Positions 1 to 13,600 of a DNA stretch of 64,000 nucleotides are shown here, one piece after another. This DNA comes from Lama glama. Its lineage: Eukaryota. The translations under genes were made by a program, and so were the position numbers. Location of the stretch: positions 85,624,001-85,688,000 of the forward strand of contig CM052817.1 of the NCBI GenBank assembly GCA_028534125.1, written 5' to 3'. The notes beneath the pieces are model-generated. The model saw only the letters and a program-made list of their open reading frames with translations. It searched no databases and was not told where the DNA came from. Every line of letters begins with the position of its first letter. Position 1 is the stretch's first letter.

Positions 1-285
1 TCCTATTCACCTAGAAAATTCTTAAGATCTCACTAAAATATTACTACTTTAGGAAACGCTTTCTGACTTCTCTAGATTTAGAACTCTTTTCTCTGATTTT
101 AATAGGATTTTGCTTACATTCCCTTTACTCATTTCTTTGCAAGTCTATCTTCTTCAGAAACTGTTAGAAATAAGGCAAGGATTATGTCTTACTCATCTTT
201 GTTTTGTTAGTGCCAAGCATTGTGTTTGGCACTTATACTGCACTCATAAAACATTGAGAGAATAAATAAATGTATGATGAATGAG
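1..285 (+). mobile_element. L2 LINE 3' end (degraded)
   Basis: Resembles the L2 terminus: 'aaggcaaggattatgtcttactcatctttg...gtgccaagcattgtgtttggcacttatactgcactcataaaacattg...gaatga'. Confidence 0.7.
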
Positions 286-1124
286 GAATGTGGCAGGGTC
301 AGAGGATAAAATGTGAGATAAGAACTTGATAAGACATATTTTATTCTCAGGAGATTGTAAATATAATGTTGGAGGAATACAAAAATGATTTATGATCAAA
401 TAAAAATAATGTAGTTATTTGGGTTGGAAGGAGGGTCAAAAGATTAATAATGTTTGATTTAAACTTCAACATGTATGTACAAAGGTATATCAGAATGGGA
501 TTTAAAGTTTTATTTGAAGACAGTATTAAAGTCAGCATTCCTGGAAAACTTAGACAATGAAGGATAAATTGGATACTTCAAAATAATAAAATAAAAGAAT
601 ATAATGGAATAAGTACTGGGAATATACATTGTTAATATTAAATGCCAGTTGTTTTTATGTGATCATTCATTTCAGGAAAACCAAATGATATTTACTTTTT
701 GATCTTTACTTTCTCTAATGTCAGAATAGATCATGATTAATTAATATCTGAAAAGATATTTTTAATATCAATATTAGATTATGTCCAAATTTTGGCCTAC
801 AGTTAAATGAGGAGAAACTATTATCACAGTGTCTCTCCAGTACTTTAATATATCCATATTACTATATGTCATCTCACGATTATTGTGATGAAATCACATT
901 TAAAATACCTGAAGAATAATATCACTGAATATTAATATTATTTGTTGATAGAAAAGAATGCTCCAGGTACAAAATAATGAGTAAAATATACTGAAAGTTT
1001 AATTATATTACTCTTTAAATATTTTCTTAAAAAGTACAAATAAAAATTAAAACAAAGCAATATATATATGTGCATGTATATTTAAAGGGATAATATATAA
1101 ACAATTTTCAAAACAATAAAATGT

Positions 1125-1390
1125 AAATTGTAGTGTTAAGGGGTATATATCAAATGTATGAAATATTAGAATCACATGTTAATAGTTTCAAATATATTGA
1201 TTCTCCACCTTTCTAACTGTAACTTTAAGGAAGTTACATCAGTTCTCTCAGGTTTCCTCTTAGTTAGATTGGGGACACTAATAGTAGGCATGTAATATGG
1301 GTGTAAAAGATAAAAGAGATGGTAATGAATATGAGATGCTTAGCCTGGTGCCTAGTTCACAATTGTAATAGTCGTTAACATTCTCATTAT
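1125..1390 (+). mobile_element. MIR SINE
   Basis: Degenerate MIR core ('ctgtaactttaaggaagttac...ctctcaggtttcctctt...ggggacactaatagta') and tail ('atgcttagcctggtgcctagttcaca'). Confidence 0.7.
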
Positions 1391-4300
1391 TCCTGAACAG
1401 TATCTAGAAGAAACCCACCTTTAACAATACAGCTCTACTGGACTGAATTTTCATAATTTATATTAAGTAGTGAAAAGTGAATATTTTGGTCAAGCAAGTC
1501 CATTGGAAGTAATTTTAAATTGTAGTCATTATAAATATAATTCTTAAACTCTCTAGTATACACATAAATTATATACTTTGAACTTACTTATGTCTAAAGC
1601 AAGTAATAGTTGTAGATTAACAGCTTCAACAAACTTAGATGTTCTGGAATTTTCCTTTTTCACAACTACACTGAATGCCAATATATTAGAGTATATAAAC
1701 TGTGTTTTCAGGCCAAAAATTCATGATGGGGTCAGCACTGTCTAGTGTCAACCAGAATATATTTGATGTATGAAAGGACATAATTTATCTGAAAACTTTG
1801 GTGCAACATTTGAAATAAAAAGATTTATCATTTGTCATTTTTAAGTTATAATGACGCAGTTAACTCTCTTTACTTGCCTCAAAGGAGTTGTCACAAACGT
1901 ATTATTGCAGACGATACAGAGTCATCTGTATTTTTTGAAATAAGACTGCTCTGAAGATCCAGGTTGCAAGGACAACCTTATAGAGGACGCCAAGTTTGGA
2001 AATTAACAGAAATAGAGAGACGGCAGAGCATGGTATAGCTGTGTAAATGGATTGAAAAGCTCAAGGAAAAGTTAAAATAATTAGAAAGAGGGAAAAAAAG
2101 AAAAGTAGAAACAAGTTAGTTAAAATATATCAAAATAGTACATTATTAAAATTATAATTCTTATGTCTTAAAACAAAAACATCCAGAAGATTATTTGTTT
2201 CTTCTTCACTGCATATAAACCTGATGTCATTCTTTCTAAGACAAATCTGTGAAAATAGCATTTGTTTTCATCTTAAATTGCAGAAACTTAGACTTGTTTT
2301 ATAGAGCCCAAGAGGGAAGTTATGATGACCTGAAGAGGGGGAGGAGTGATCCAATACCCTGTTGTTTATAACTAGAGTTCAGTGCCATTCACCAGAATTG
2401 AAAATCTGATCAACCAGATCGGGTCATGTTGACCTCTCCACCCACCCCCAATCCAAGGAAGAGAATTGAAAATAAACAAAAAGCAATTTAAGACATTGGT
2501 CTCTACCTTTTACCTAATAATTGAGAAGTTGGGTTCAAAGAAATTTCCCTACTGTATTCATATAATGGTTTTCATTTTAAGCTGTAGGATTTTCTTCAAA
2601 TTACAAATTTAGGAAGAAAAAATTGCAATGCCAAAAATATCATAGGCTATAAATTCCTTTTTTTACATTATATACGTTTCATGTTAAGAGTGTTTTTTAA
2701 TCATGTAATCTCATTTATGTAGAAGTATTATTTTAGGACACATTTTGAAATCCTAAGAGCTTCTTGTTGCAAATTTTCTCCCTTGATTGTTACTGTTAAT
2801 TCAAATCATTCAGAGAGAGTCCACTTGTTTTAGTCAACATTCCAACCATTGTTGTCTTTGACAGTTAAAAACAATCCTCATCCATATACAGCAGGATTTA
2901 TTGTTGAATAGCAAATAACTGAAGTAGAATAAAACATGCATTTTTTGATGTAAACATATTAAAATAGTATGCATGTAAAGCATCTCTCTTAAAGTTAGGT
3001 TTGTCTTACAAAATACATAAATTACCAGATGGAAAACCCTTGTGAAAGAAGAATAACAGGTTATTATTATCAGACATAATCGGTACACAATGAGTAAAGT
3101 AGGGCAGGTAATTCCCACCCTAATTTTTATGATTTGTAGTTGAGTTTTTTACTCTTTACCTATAGTACACATTGCTCAAGGGTGTGTACTGCCTAGAAGT
3201 CATATCTTTTGATATCTAGTCCAGGGATCTTAAGAAAACCATGTTTTCTACATAAAACATTTCTTCTTTGACAAATGATGATGATTAGGATGATGATGGT
3301 GCTAATGATAATTTAAAGCCACCAAGGGATAAGAGATTGGTAAAATACTATAATATAATGCACACAAATGAAGATAATGGGCATAACAGATGAATAAACT
3401 AAATTGAAAAAACAAGTGGAAAATAACAAAGCACAAATAAATTTGGTTAAGAGAAGCATGAATAATGCATCTTTAGATTTATTAGAATAATAAATCCTGT
3501 CCTGGTAGTTGAAAGACATACACATGGCAAAAATTTGGATTTTTCAAAATTTCTATGTCACCCATATCACATGTGAAGCGAATTTCCAGTTTTTATAGGA
3601 TTAGTAGTTAGCCATAGTTAGAGAATAGCATTGATTACACGTATAATACTTCATCTAGTTGAAAAATGAACATTTCAGTTGTTTTGCTTAGAAAATCCCA
3701 AACATCACATTTAACTCTTTTATTTGTATACATTTTAAAATTATTTTTCCATTCAGAGATCAAGATTAGTGGCAGAAACAAAAACTTCATTTCTATAAAT
3801 ACAATTTAAACTCTAAAAGGAAGGAATACCTTTTAAAATCACTTCAGCAGAAGTAATCTGTATCTTCAGGTCAGGACTGTGGCAGCCTTGGTCGTGCTAG
3901 ATTGAATAACTTGCCTTTCACTTTCTATCTGTGTCTATAATTTGATTATCGTTAAATGAACCAGAAAGTAAATTTGCTTCAACAATGAAAACCCACAGGC
4001 TAATATGTCAGCCTTTTAACAAGATTTATTCTTTAATAAATAGATACACAATGAGAAAAAATCTAATAAAAGGCAAAATAAAAATTCTCATTATATAACT
4101 TCAGGCCACAGACTGAAATTTGGAGGGAAAAAAAATGCATTTAGGCCTAACGCCTAAACATCTAAAAAGTTGCATAATAATGTAATGGTATACACCTGAC
4201 CGAACTCTGGAAAGGACTTCAGAAAAGCATGGGAATCTTCCTGGTGGCAACAGAATCAGTGGCCTCAGCTCCCCCACCCACTGTGTTCCATGCTTTCATC

Positions 4301-4629
4301 CCCTGAGGGACATGAGAGAGGGAGTGGTCATCACTTTTTGGTACAAAGTTAGCCCAACTGCCAGAATTGTCCCGTGAGTCCTCCTGTAATCCAGGCATTG
4401 GCAGATTCTGCTCCTTGCCAGATATAGGTATCTTGTCTCCAAGTCACGCTTGCTTTTGTCCTTTGCTGCTCTTGCCTATACCTTTCTGCTTCTGTCTATA
4501 AGACTTTGCCTCTTCCTCTTGTAACCATTGTCCCTAGCATACCGTGTTATACATTGGCAGCATACACTGAACCTCTGTGGGAACTGAGAAAAAAGCTTCC
4601 CCTTTGTTTTGATCACTTCACTATACAAA

Positions 4630-5005
4630 AACAGAATGGACCCCCACCCAAAATTTGGTTTGGTTATTTAGATTAATGACAACACATGCACTAAAAGAAA
4701 TGAATGTATTTATTGTAACTCACATAATGAAGAAAATGGTGGCTACCAAGCAATACTGAAAATAGATTGAGAAAGTCAGGAAATGAGACTGACTTGGGAG
4801 TTTTACAGTGATTAAGGCATGAGGCTGGAAAGAGGGTTCCCTGGGAACAAAGCATTGTGTGGTTTGACCTTCCCACTGGTACCAAAGGAGGAGCACCTAG
4901 GATTTCTTATCAGCTTGGCCAGATGTAGGGTGACGGAGAAAGGAGATGGGTATGATTAAAAACTGTCACCAGTACAACATCAAAAAATGGACACCCTTTA
5001 TTATG
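4630..5005 (-). mobile_element. Solo ERV LTR (ERVL-class, MER54/MER73/LTR53-like group; exact family uncertain)
   Basis: About 375 bp, GC-richer. Minus-strand poly(A) signal ('tttatt') near the left end. Right end 'aacatcaaaaaatgga...tttatta' resembles the reverse complement of the recalled LTR start. Confidence 0.65.
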
Positions 5006-5980
5006 CTCTGTGGAGAAATAAGTTTTAAAAGAAAGAGTCTCTTCTGGGAAGGCCTATTATAGAAAGGCATGGCTTCCTCCATGACAACACAGCCTCACAA
5101 AGTGTATAACTTGAGTAATAGTGCTGGTTGGATTTCAGTCCCTAATTCCACCACCTTGATCGTGACTTTAAGTAGGACACCACCGGCTTGATCATTCATG
5201 GGATGCATGAATGGAATTCTGAGACAGCCTGGCTTTTAAGGATGGGAAGGATGAGGGCTTCGTGGGCTGATTACTGAGATTTGAGATAATTCCATGGGAA
5301 TTGGTAGCAGCATGTTGAACACATTGTATGGCCAACAAGACAGTAAATGAATCTTTACTTTATTGCATATTAATAAGAAATAATTGAGGAGATGGTTGCA
5401 GGGAGAGTGCTGGGATATATGTTGAAAGACAGCTGTACAAACACTGTTATGAGTATTGCTAATATTCCTCCAGGTATGGACACTTCCTCACCAATCTGTG
5501 CTCTGTCTCAGGTTGATCTCATTGTAATGAATAGTCCTATAATTTGTCCTGAATAAGCAGAAGGGTCCACTTCCAGCTAGCAGTTACAGAGATATGCACT
5601 TACACTGTGCGTTACAGGACAGAAATTTGTGACTGCTATGGACAGAAACCAGGTGAATCTTTACAAGTCTATCTAGGTTGCCTTCCAGATGGGAGGTCAG
5701 AAAGACTAATGCCCATTCAGAACGAATGGCAATAGTTGGGGCATCTTACAGCTTAGCCCCTCCCTCAGTCTGTTACCTTATGACCAAGAGTTGTTTTTAG
5801 TGTGTTCTGACTGTTAGAAAGAGTTTTTCCCCTTTTAGGAAGATGTCCTCGTGATAGACAAACTCACTTGAAAAAACGTATATGAGACATTGACTGGTAC
5901 TGGACTATTCCTATTGTAAATTGGATTTAAAAAGCTAATAAAGGTTACAACCTAGAAAATAGAAAGCTCATAAAACAAAA

Positions 5981-6287
5981 TATCTATAGTTAACAATACC
6001 ATACTGTGTACTTAAAAATTTGCTGAAAGGTAAATCTTATGTTGTATACTGACCACCATCACCTCTAATACTATTACTGCTACTACTGCTACTAATAATA
6101 ATAAATTTAAAAGTATCAGAGGAAACTTTTGGAGGGAATGGATATATTTATGGCATATATTATTGTGATGATGGTTTCAAGGATGCATACTTATTTCCAA
6201 ACTCATCAAATAGTATATGTTAAATATGTATAGCTTCATGTATGTCAATCATACTTCAATAACGCGTTTTTTGACAAAAAGAAAAAA
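5981..6287 (+). mobile_element. 5'-truncated L1 3' UTR (L1MB/L1MC-like) with A-rich tail
   Basis: 'gaggaaacttttggagggaatggatatatttatggc...aaatatgtatagcttcatgtatgtcaatcatacttcaataa', then an A-rich tail, with a degenerate TSD aaa(g/a)ctcat(a/c)aaa. Confidence 0.85.
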
Positions 6288-6904
6288 ACTCATCAAAAGA
6301 AATCTGGATAAATCTAAATAAATTTGTAAACCATTGAAAACTCTCCTTGCTCTTTTGTTAAAATCAGGGGAGAATCTAAGAGACAGTGTTCTGGCAAAGG
6401 GGCAGCAGATGCACCAGAATAAAGTAGATTCCTTAAAATAATGATTACTGTGCAAGTCAAGATTGAGAAACTACTGAACTCAAATCCCTAGGTCTCAGCT
6501 AGAAAGCAAAGTGGCTCGGATAGTCATATGGGCTTGCGTTCAGGAGTTGCGTACGGTAGGTAGCAAACAAAGAATCAGTTCTTGATGTGTACAGGAATCC
6601 CTCTGCGATTTGGAGCAGGGCAGAGGGAGATGGCAGAGGAAGAGTCCACTGGTTTCCCAGGTCTTTCGAGAGGATTACAGCCAGCCCCGGATGTGTGCTA
6701 AATTAGAAGCATGACGTTTTGGCAGAAGCTTTCAAAGTAAATGGACCCTTTTCAGGGAAAGACTGGGAGACAGACATTTCTGCTTGTTCCTCTGCACTTA
6801 GCCCTGGAGAGAGAGCACAGTGAATGCTCACAAGCTCAGTAACAACTCGGCTAGTTTCTGGATTTTTTTTAGAAGTTATTGCTCCCTGAGTAGCTATACA
6901 TTTA

Positions 6905-8350
6905 GTGTCTCTCTGTTTTCTATTTCATTGATTTTTTTGCTCTGATTTTATTATTTCATCCCTTCTGCTTGCTTGGGTTTGATTCATATTATTTTTTCTA
7001 GTTTTTTTAAGATGAAAGTTACATTATTGATTTGAGATTTTTTTCTGTTCTAATATAGTGTTTTAAATGCTTCTTTTCTTCTAAGTGCTACTTTAGCTGC
7101 AGTTCCTAAGTTTCAACACGTCAATTTTTTCTTCAGTCAGTTCAAAATATCTTTTTAAATTTTTTATTGTAATATTTTAATTTGACCCATGGGTTATATA
7201 GAATTTTGCTGATTGCCAGATATTTTGAGATTTCCCAACTTTCTTCTTTTAATTTCCAGTTTAATTTTATAGTGGTTGGAGGACATACTTTGAAAGTATT
7301 TAATCATTTAAATTTATACTTGTTTTATGGCCTAGTATATTCTTTCCTGGAGAATGTTCCCTGTGTTATTGAAAAAAAGTCATTTTCTGTCACTGGGTAC
7401 AGTGTTCCACTTAAAAATCAGTTAAGTAGAATTTTTTGATAATGCATTTGAAATTTTATGTGTCCTTTTTGATTTTCTAATTTCATTGTTAAATCAATTT
7501 TTGAATCTGGAGTAAAGAAAAATCCAACTATAATTGCTGATTATCTATTTCTTTCAATTCTGTTAGTTTTCTACTTTATATACTTTCAGCTTTGCTGTTA
7601 CCAGTATGTACGTTTGTAATTTTTATATCCCCCTGACATATTGACCTCCTTAATTATTATACAGTATCCATTTTTGTCTCTACTAATATTACTGCTTTAA
7701 TGCCTTTATTTTTAGATATTAATATAGCCAGCCTAACTCTTATGGTTGCTATATGCATGATATTTCTTTTTCTATTCTTTTACTTTCAAGTTTTTAAAAA
7801 AAATTTAAAGTGTGTTGAGTAAACAACATATAGTAGTATCTTGCTCTTTTTTCTGCTCTTTCAATATCAGCTCTTTAATAGGAGAGTTTGATCCATTTAC
7901 ATTTAATGCAGTGTGTAATTTATTTCTTGTTTTCTACATCTCATGTCTATTTTTCTCCCCCTTTTCTTCCTTTATTGCCTTCTTTCCCATATTTTTTTCA
8001 GTATGTTATTTTAATTCTTCTGCAGAGTTTTCACTATGTATACTATGTCAGGTTATTTCCTTTGTACTAATTCTAAATATTGTATTCATCTTAACTTACC
8101 ACAATCTACCTTACATTAATACTGACATAATTAAATAGAACATCACAGCATTGCTCTAATTTAGCTCATTTTCCTCTATCTTCCTTTGATTTTTATCATC
8201 ATATATAATATACCTATATATGTTAGAAAACTAAGAATATAATATTTTAATTGTTTTATATTATCTTATAAAATTATAAAGAAATTTCTTTAAAGAAATT
8301 AAGAAAGGAAAAGAGAAGTTACATATTTGTACAGTCTTATGTTGTCATTT
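6905..8350 (-). mobile_element. Old L1 (L1M) fragment: ORF2 endonuclease/5' region and upstream sequence
   Basis: T-rich antisense L1 signatures: 'ccttctgcttgcttgggtttgatt', 'ttgacccatgggttatatagaa', 'ggagaatgttccctgtg', 'aatatagccagcctaactc'. Accounts for the ORFs at 7182, 7812 and 7888. Confidence 0.85.
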
Positions 8351-8647
8351 ATTGATATATTTATGAATGTTTGATTTTGATCACTAATTTGTTTTTTGAA
8401 TGAATTAATAAACAAACATTATTTTACTGTTGTCATTCGCTTCAAAACATGTAGATTGAAAATGCATTTTGCTTAATGATATTCTAAGTTCAATTAAATT
8501 GATGTTTAAAGATGAAATATGTTGATAATATAATTTTCAAAATTATATTTTATTGTGTTATAATTTTGTGATCCTAGTATTTAGTGAAAAATAAAAAATA
8601 CAGAATGAAATTAGAATGGGTATACTCTCTGTTTTAATAGAACTCAC

Positions 8648-9024
8648 TATTATAGGCTAAATTATGCCTCCACCCAGAAAAATTTATATGTTGAAGTCCT
8701 ATCCTCCAGTGTACCTAAGAGTGTGACTGCACTTAGAGATAGGATCTTTATAAGTTAAAATGAAGTCATTAAGCTGGACCCTAATCCAGTATTACTAGTG
8801 TTTTTATAAGAAGATCTTTGGACCCAGACATGCACAGAGGGAAAAACATGTAAAGACACAGAAAAGATGTCCATCTACAAGTCAAGGCAGAGATCTCAGA
8901 AGAAACAGTCCTGCCAATACAATACCTTAATCTCAGATTTCTAGCTTCCAGGGTTGTGAGAAAATAAATTTACGTTGTTTAGTTTGCTGTGGCACTTGCT
9001 ACAGCAGCCTAGAAAACTAATACA
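8648..9024 (+). mobile_element. MaLR solo LTR, MLT1B-like
   Basis: Starts 'tattataggctaaat', contains 'tatatgttgaagtcct', 'ggaccctaatccag' and 'ttgtgagaaaataaattt', and ends 'aactaataca'. Confidence 0.9.
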
Positions 9025-9316
9025 GCCACCCTTTTGATTTATAGTTGTTTTTAGAAAAAATTTGTTCTTTTCTCAGCTAACCAGATAATATTTGTTTAAT
9101 AAATGTATATTTAGATTAAAACAAAAATAATATTTTTGAATTAAAAACAATAGGGCTATCTTAACAGTTTTTTTTTTTAATTTACTGAGTCACTTGTGAG
9201 TATATACAAACTAGGAAGCTCAATATTAGGAAAAAGTTTATAAAAAATGTTTTAGCCTATCTCTCTATCATCTGAAGAGCTTATAACAAACATATAAATG
9301 TGTATGAATACGTATT

Positions 9317-9699
9317 CAGGTATCCTCTGCTTTTCAAAGGTTCATTTTATGCCACTTCATTTTTACAAAAGAACTATATATTAGTAACTGTTTTTGCTAA
9401 ACGAAAGAAATATGAAGGGGATTTTACAGGAAAGGCAAAAAGCACAAATAGCATGAATGTTTGTTTTGGAGCAGTCTTTTTGAGAGGCAGTGTGTACCCA
9501 GGGCAGCACTGCCAAGCTCCTTCCCCAGGAACCACACTCAGCTTCTCAGCATCAAGCTGCCATAGCTTTAAACTGGGTCTGTAAGATCAGTCCTTTCTCA
9601 AGATGTGTCCTAAGGTAATTGCTTCTTTGCTTTATGCCATTTCAAGTTTACAGAAATTTTCATAGGAATGCTCTCCTTTCAGATAGCGGGGGAAACTTG
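9317..9699. mobile_element. Non-autonomous TcMar-Tigger element (MITE-like)
   Basis: Imperfect ~24-bp terminal inverted repeats: left 'caggtatcctctgcttttcaaagg', right reverse complement 'caagtttcccccgctatctgaaag'. Length 383 bp. Confidence 0.8.
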
Positions 9700-10429
9700 T
9701 GTATACAATTTAAATAAAAAATAAAGGAACAAACTCAATCATTTATAGCTCCCTTTCCAATTTTTTTCCTATTTCATAATTTAGTAGATTCCATATGGCC
9801 CTAAATTTGTTTAATATAAGAATAGTTTGAAGTTAGAAATCATTTAAACTTTTTCAGATTGATTCTTCACTTCCAAGTGAGAAAACAGATGACTTTTTCT
9901 TCATTGTGCCATAAATTTATCACTTACAAACAATACATGTAAAGATATTTCCATAATCATCATATAAACTTAGATTTGTGTTCTGAAACAGCATACTCTA
10001 TTTGCAGTTAGTGAATTTCAGTGAATTCCTGGTCAATTTCTAAAATATATTTTATTTTTATTTTTACTGAAAATAAATTAAATAAAAATGTGACTTGAAA
10101 AACTTTAGTGGTGATAGAATAAAGTATCCAATTACATAACAAGATATTGAAATATTTTCTCTGTTGATCACATTACTTGCTCAGTACTGTTTGGGATATT
10201 TCTTAATATATTTGCAGAATTTTAAAAAATAATTAATTTTTAAAGCCTAGGGAATACATAAAACATTGAGAGTTACCATAGTATACTTTTTCTCTACTCA
10301 AGTCAAGTCCTAAAGCAAATAGGAGCCTCTTATCCTTTAGTAAGAGCATGTAAGTGCAAGGCATCACAGAGAGATGGTGAAAACAAGAATCTTTCAGGCA
10401 GACTGACCGAGATGTAGAACTGAGGAAGT

Positions 10430-10625
10430 GGAATTTGGAGGCGTGAGTTCAAATACAACTTCTCCTACTTATTATTTATGGAAATAGGAGCGAACTATTT
10501 AAACTTTATAAACCATGCTTTTCTTATCTGTAAAATGTCATAACAAACATGCCTTGCCAAATTAATGAAATTATTGTGAGAATATAATTGTAAGTGTGTG
10601 TGTTTACATGTAAAGTGTTCGGTTA
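10430..10625 (+). mobile_element. MIR SINE
   Basis: 'gagttcaaat...ttttcttatctgtaaaatg...ttattgtgagaat...catgtaaagtg'. Confidence 0.7.
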
Positions 10626-13600
10626 ATTAGGAATTAACCAAACATATGGATTATATATTACTAATTTCAGATAATATGAAATTAATATCTTTATAAAATT
10701 CCCTTTAGCTAGCTATTCAGATGTTAAATCCCCAATGTTACTTCCTCTTAGGCAATGCCACTTAAAGCTAAATTTATGTGTAAATCTGTAGATAGTGAAC
10801 GTATTTAACTTAAATTCAAATTATAATATGTACAATAGTAAGAAAAGTTAATGAAGTACACACTTGAGAACATACAAACTATTCTACTTTGCCCTTTGAT
10901 TTTCAGATTGGTCACAAATTTTAGGAAGAATTTCCTTTTTCTGGATTTTTAAACCTGTGTTTTAAACATCTTCCATAAATCATATTTATGCCCTAAAAAT
11001 AAAATATTTTAACTCTCAAATTTGGCATATATGCTGCACCCCATGCTTAACTATCCCCCAACTCTACCACTTGGACCTGAATACAGCAATATTCCTCATC
11101 TCCTCAAACAAAGAGTTTAAACTAGAAGATTGGCTCTGTAATGCACTTTAATTTTGTGCTTACTCAATGATTTCAAGGCTTCTTTCCATCATTTAATTAA
11201 ATTCTATACAGCAGCACTGTTATAGAAGAAGACAATTTACTAGAAAGTGTGAATTCTTCATCTCCTGCCTTCCTTGGGACACATTACTCATCTCAAGCTT
11301 TCAATAAAATAAGAACCTCAATACAGTATGAAAAGGAAAGAAGCTGCCTGGGCTAAGCAAAGTCACTAGTCAGTGTCTGCTTTGCTAAATTCCCCAAACT
11401 GTTATCCTGACTGGAAGTTGTTACCATCAAAAGACAGAAGGATTTATTTTCAGTCCTAACTAGGCATGGAAAGATAACTAACACTCTTACATAAAGTACT
11501 GGGATGATCTGACTCCAACTCTAAAAATGTTTATTTCTCGGACTATTTCAAATATTCCCAGTGTCCTAGGTTCCTTTTCCTTCTTTGTGCCTCTTTTTTT
11601 TTAAATGAGAAAAATTCATATTTATATGCAGAATTATTATGACTTTCCCTACAAAATCATATAGTTCTTTTTTTAAGCCTGATAATAATATCCAAATTTT
11701 GATATCTCTTTAAACATGAATTCAATGCCGTAAGTATATTTAATCCTGAAAGTTATTTCTCAAAATAGATTCAGCAAGTTTTTTCCTTCTGATTTCTTAG
11801 ACATTGTCTATAAAACCTGGTCTCATTTATCTCATTTATTTACTGTTTTGGTAGTAGGTAACTCAGTAACATCACAAAATTATCAAACAGCGAACATAAG
11901 TTTTTGTGTGTATGTGGAAAACTTCATGCAGATTAAATAAATGAGCCCACTTTTCTGGTATGTTACAGTTTTATCAAAATATACTTAAAATGTAAAGAAA
12001 AAAAGGCAAAAACAAAACCCATAAAACTAAACAACAAAACATAGGCACAACTTGGGAATAATGTTACCCAATAGATGGCACTGTACTCTTTGTAATACAC
12101 TACTGAGCGTGCTAAAGATAATTTGAAGTGAAAAACTCTTAAGTTTCTCTGTCAAATGACAGATACAAAAATAAGCATTTTCATTTTTTGAAACCAGAAA
12201 GTAGTCTTGAGGAAACACAAAACAATGAGCTATTTCTAGTAAATCTTTATTCTGTTCTATTTAAGGCAATTATGAATGTAATCCATAGAATCAGAGTTAT
12301 AAGTAATCAGCCTTCAAATATATAGTTTGATAAAAAGGACCACAATTCTTATATCAAAGAAGGTATTCCTATTTCTGAAAAGCACAATGGAAAAATCTAT
12401 ATGTCATTAAATTGAACACAAACATTGGAAGCATTATGTTTATTACACGTTAGACAATTTAAGAAAATGTGTAAATAGAAGAATATCTGAAAAAACACAA
12501 AATGTTTTTTGTTTTCATTATATTTGTTACTTGGAAACCAGAGTCTGATGGTTTATTTCCTTGCAACAGACATACATAGTGTTTGAATTATATGTTTGAA
12601 CCGCATGATGTTATAATATATAGTGAATCTGACCCAGACATGGGTATTAATTGATGTTATTAGGTACTTCCACAAAAAAACACACTACTTGAATAAAAAA
12701 AAGTCTTCAGGCTTCATAATTACTGACTTGAATATGTAAATGTGAATTGAAATTTCTGTATCATCTTTAGACATAATTTAAAACTTAAACTTATGATAGA
12801 AAATATTAAGATTGAATTTACATTTGATCCATTTTCTAAAGTATTATTGAATGATACATGTGTATTATTCGGAGGTAGAGATTTATTTTAACTTATTAAA
12901 ACAAACCAAAGAAGGAATGACTCTTATAATTCTAACAGACTTTATTTTTCTCCTCCCTACCCTAGACCTCAGCATTCAGATGTCTTTATAAATCTGTGAC
13001 TTTTTGCCACTTCCCATAACTTTCTAGATAAGCACTAGACTGCAATCAAATTTCTTTTAATCTCATTGCAAAGGTCTATGATAATTACTCAAAATTACTA
13101 AGGACTACTAGTAACAGTTTGTTTTCAACTCGAAACACTAGCAATGCAACTTCACTGTCCTTGTTGTCTACTGTCACATTTAAATAAAGACCACTAAAAT
13201 TTATCAGTGATGTTGAATTCACTACAATTGCCCAAACACAGAAGAATTACTACAATGACATTTCCTCAAGAATTTTCAAAACAAGGAATTTCATTAAACC
13301 TATGTACAGAGTTTGGAGGTCTTAGCTTGAGGGCTTTAGAGCAGATGTATAAATGCAGGTAACTGATTAGGACTAAACAAATTTCCTGATACAGTGTGTA
13401 GGATCAGTGGGCCCAGTAGGGTGAGTCTCCTGAAAGTAATTATGATGAACAAATTTTTGTTCTGAGAAGTGAGCAGTTTGTCCAGCTGAGCAAACTGTTG
13501 ACAAAGATAGAAAGTGACTTGGCCAAGTGAAAACATTATTTGCCCACGAAGTTGGTTTACCAGAATTTTCAAAAGCAGTGAAGGTATTTCCTGGTTTACA

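Noticed and set aside
1870..2040. CpG-containing stretch with exon-like boundaries on either strand, including a minus-strand AG|gcaagt donor
   Set aside because: Stop codons occur in all frames on both strands, and there is no other support.
2878..2930. Minus-strand peptide ICYSTINPAVYG resembling a GPCR TM7 NPxxY motif
   Set aside because: It is followed immediately by a stop and there are no other GPCR segments nearby; chance match.
10621..10639. Hairpin ggttaatt-agg-aattaacc
   Set aside because: 8-bp AT-rich arms are expected by chance in 64 kb.
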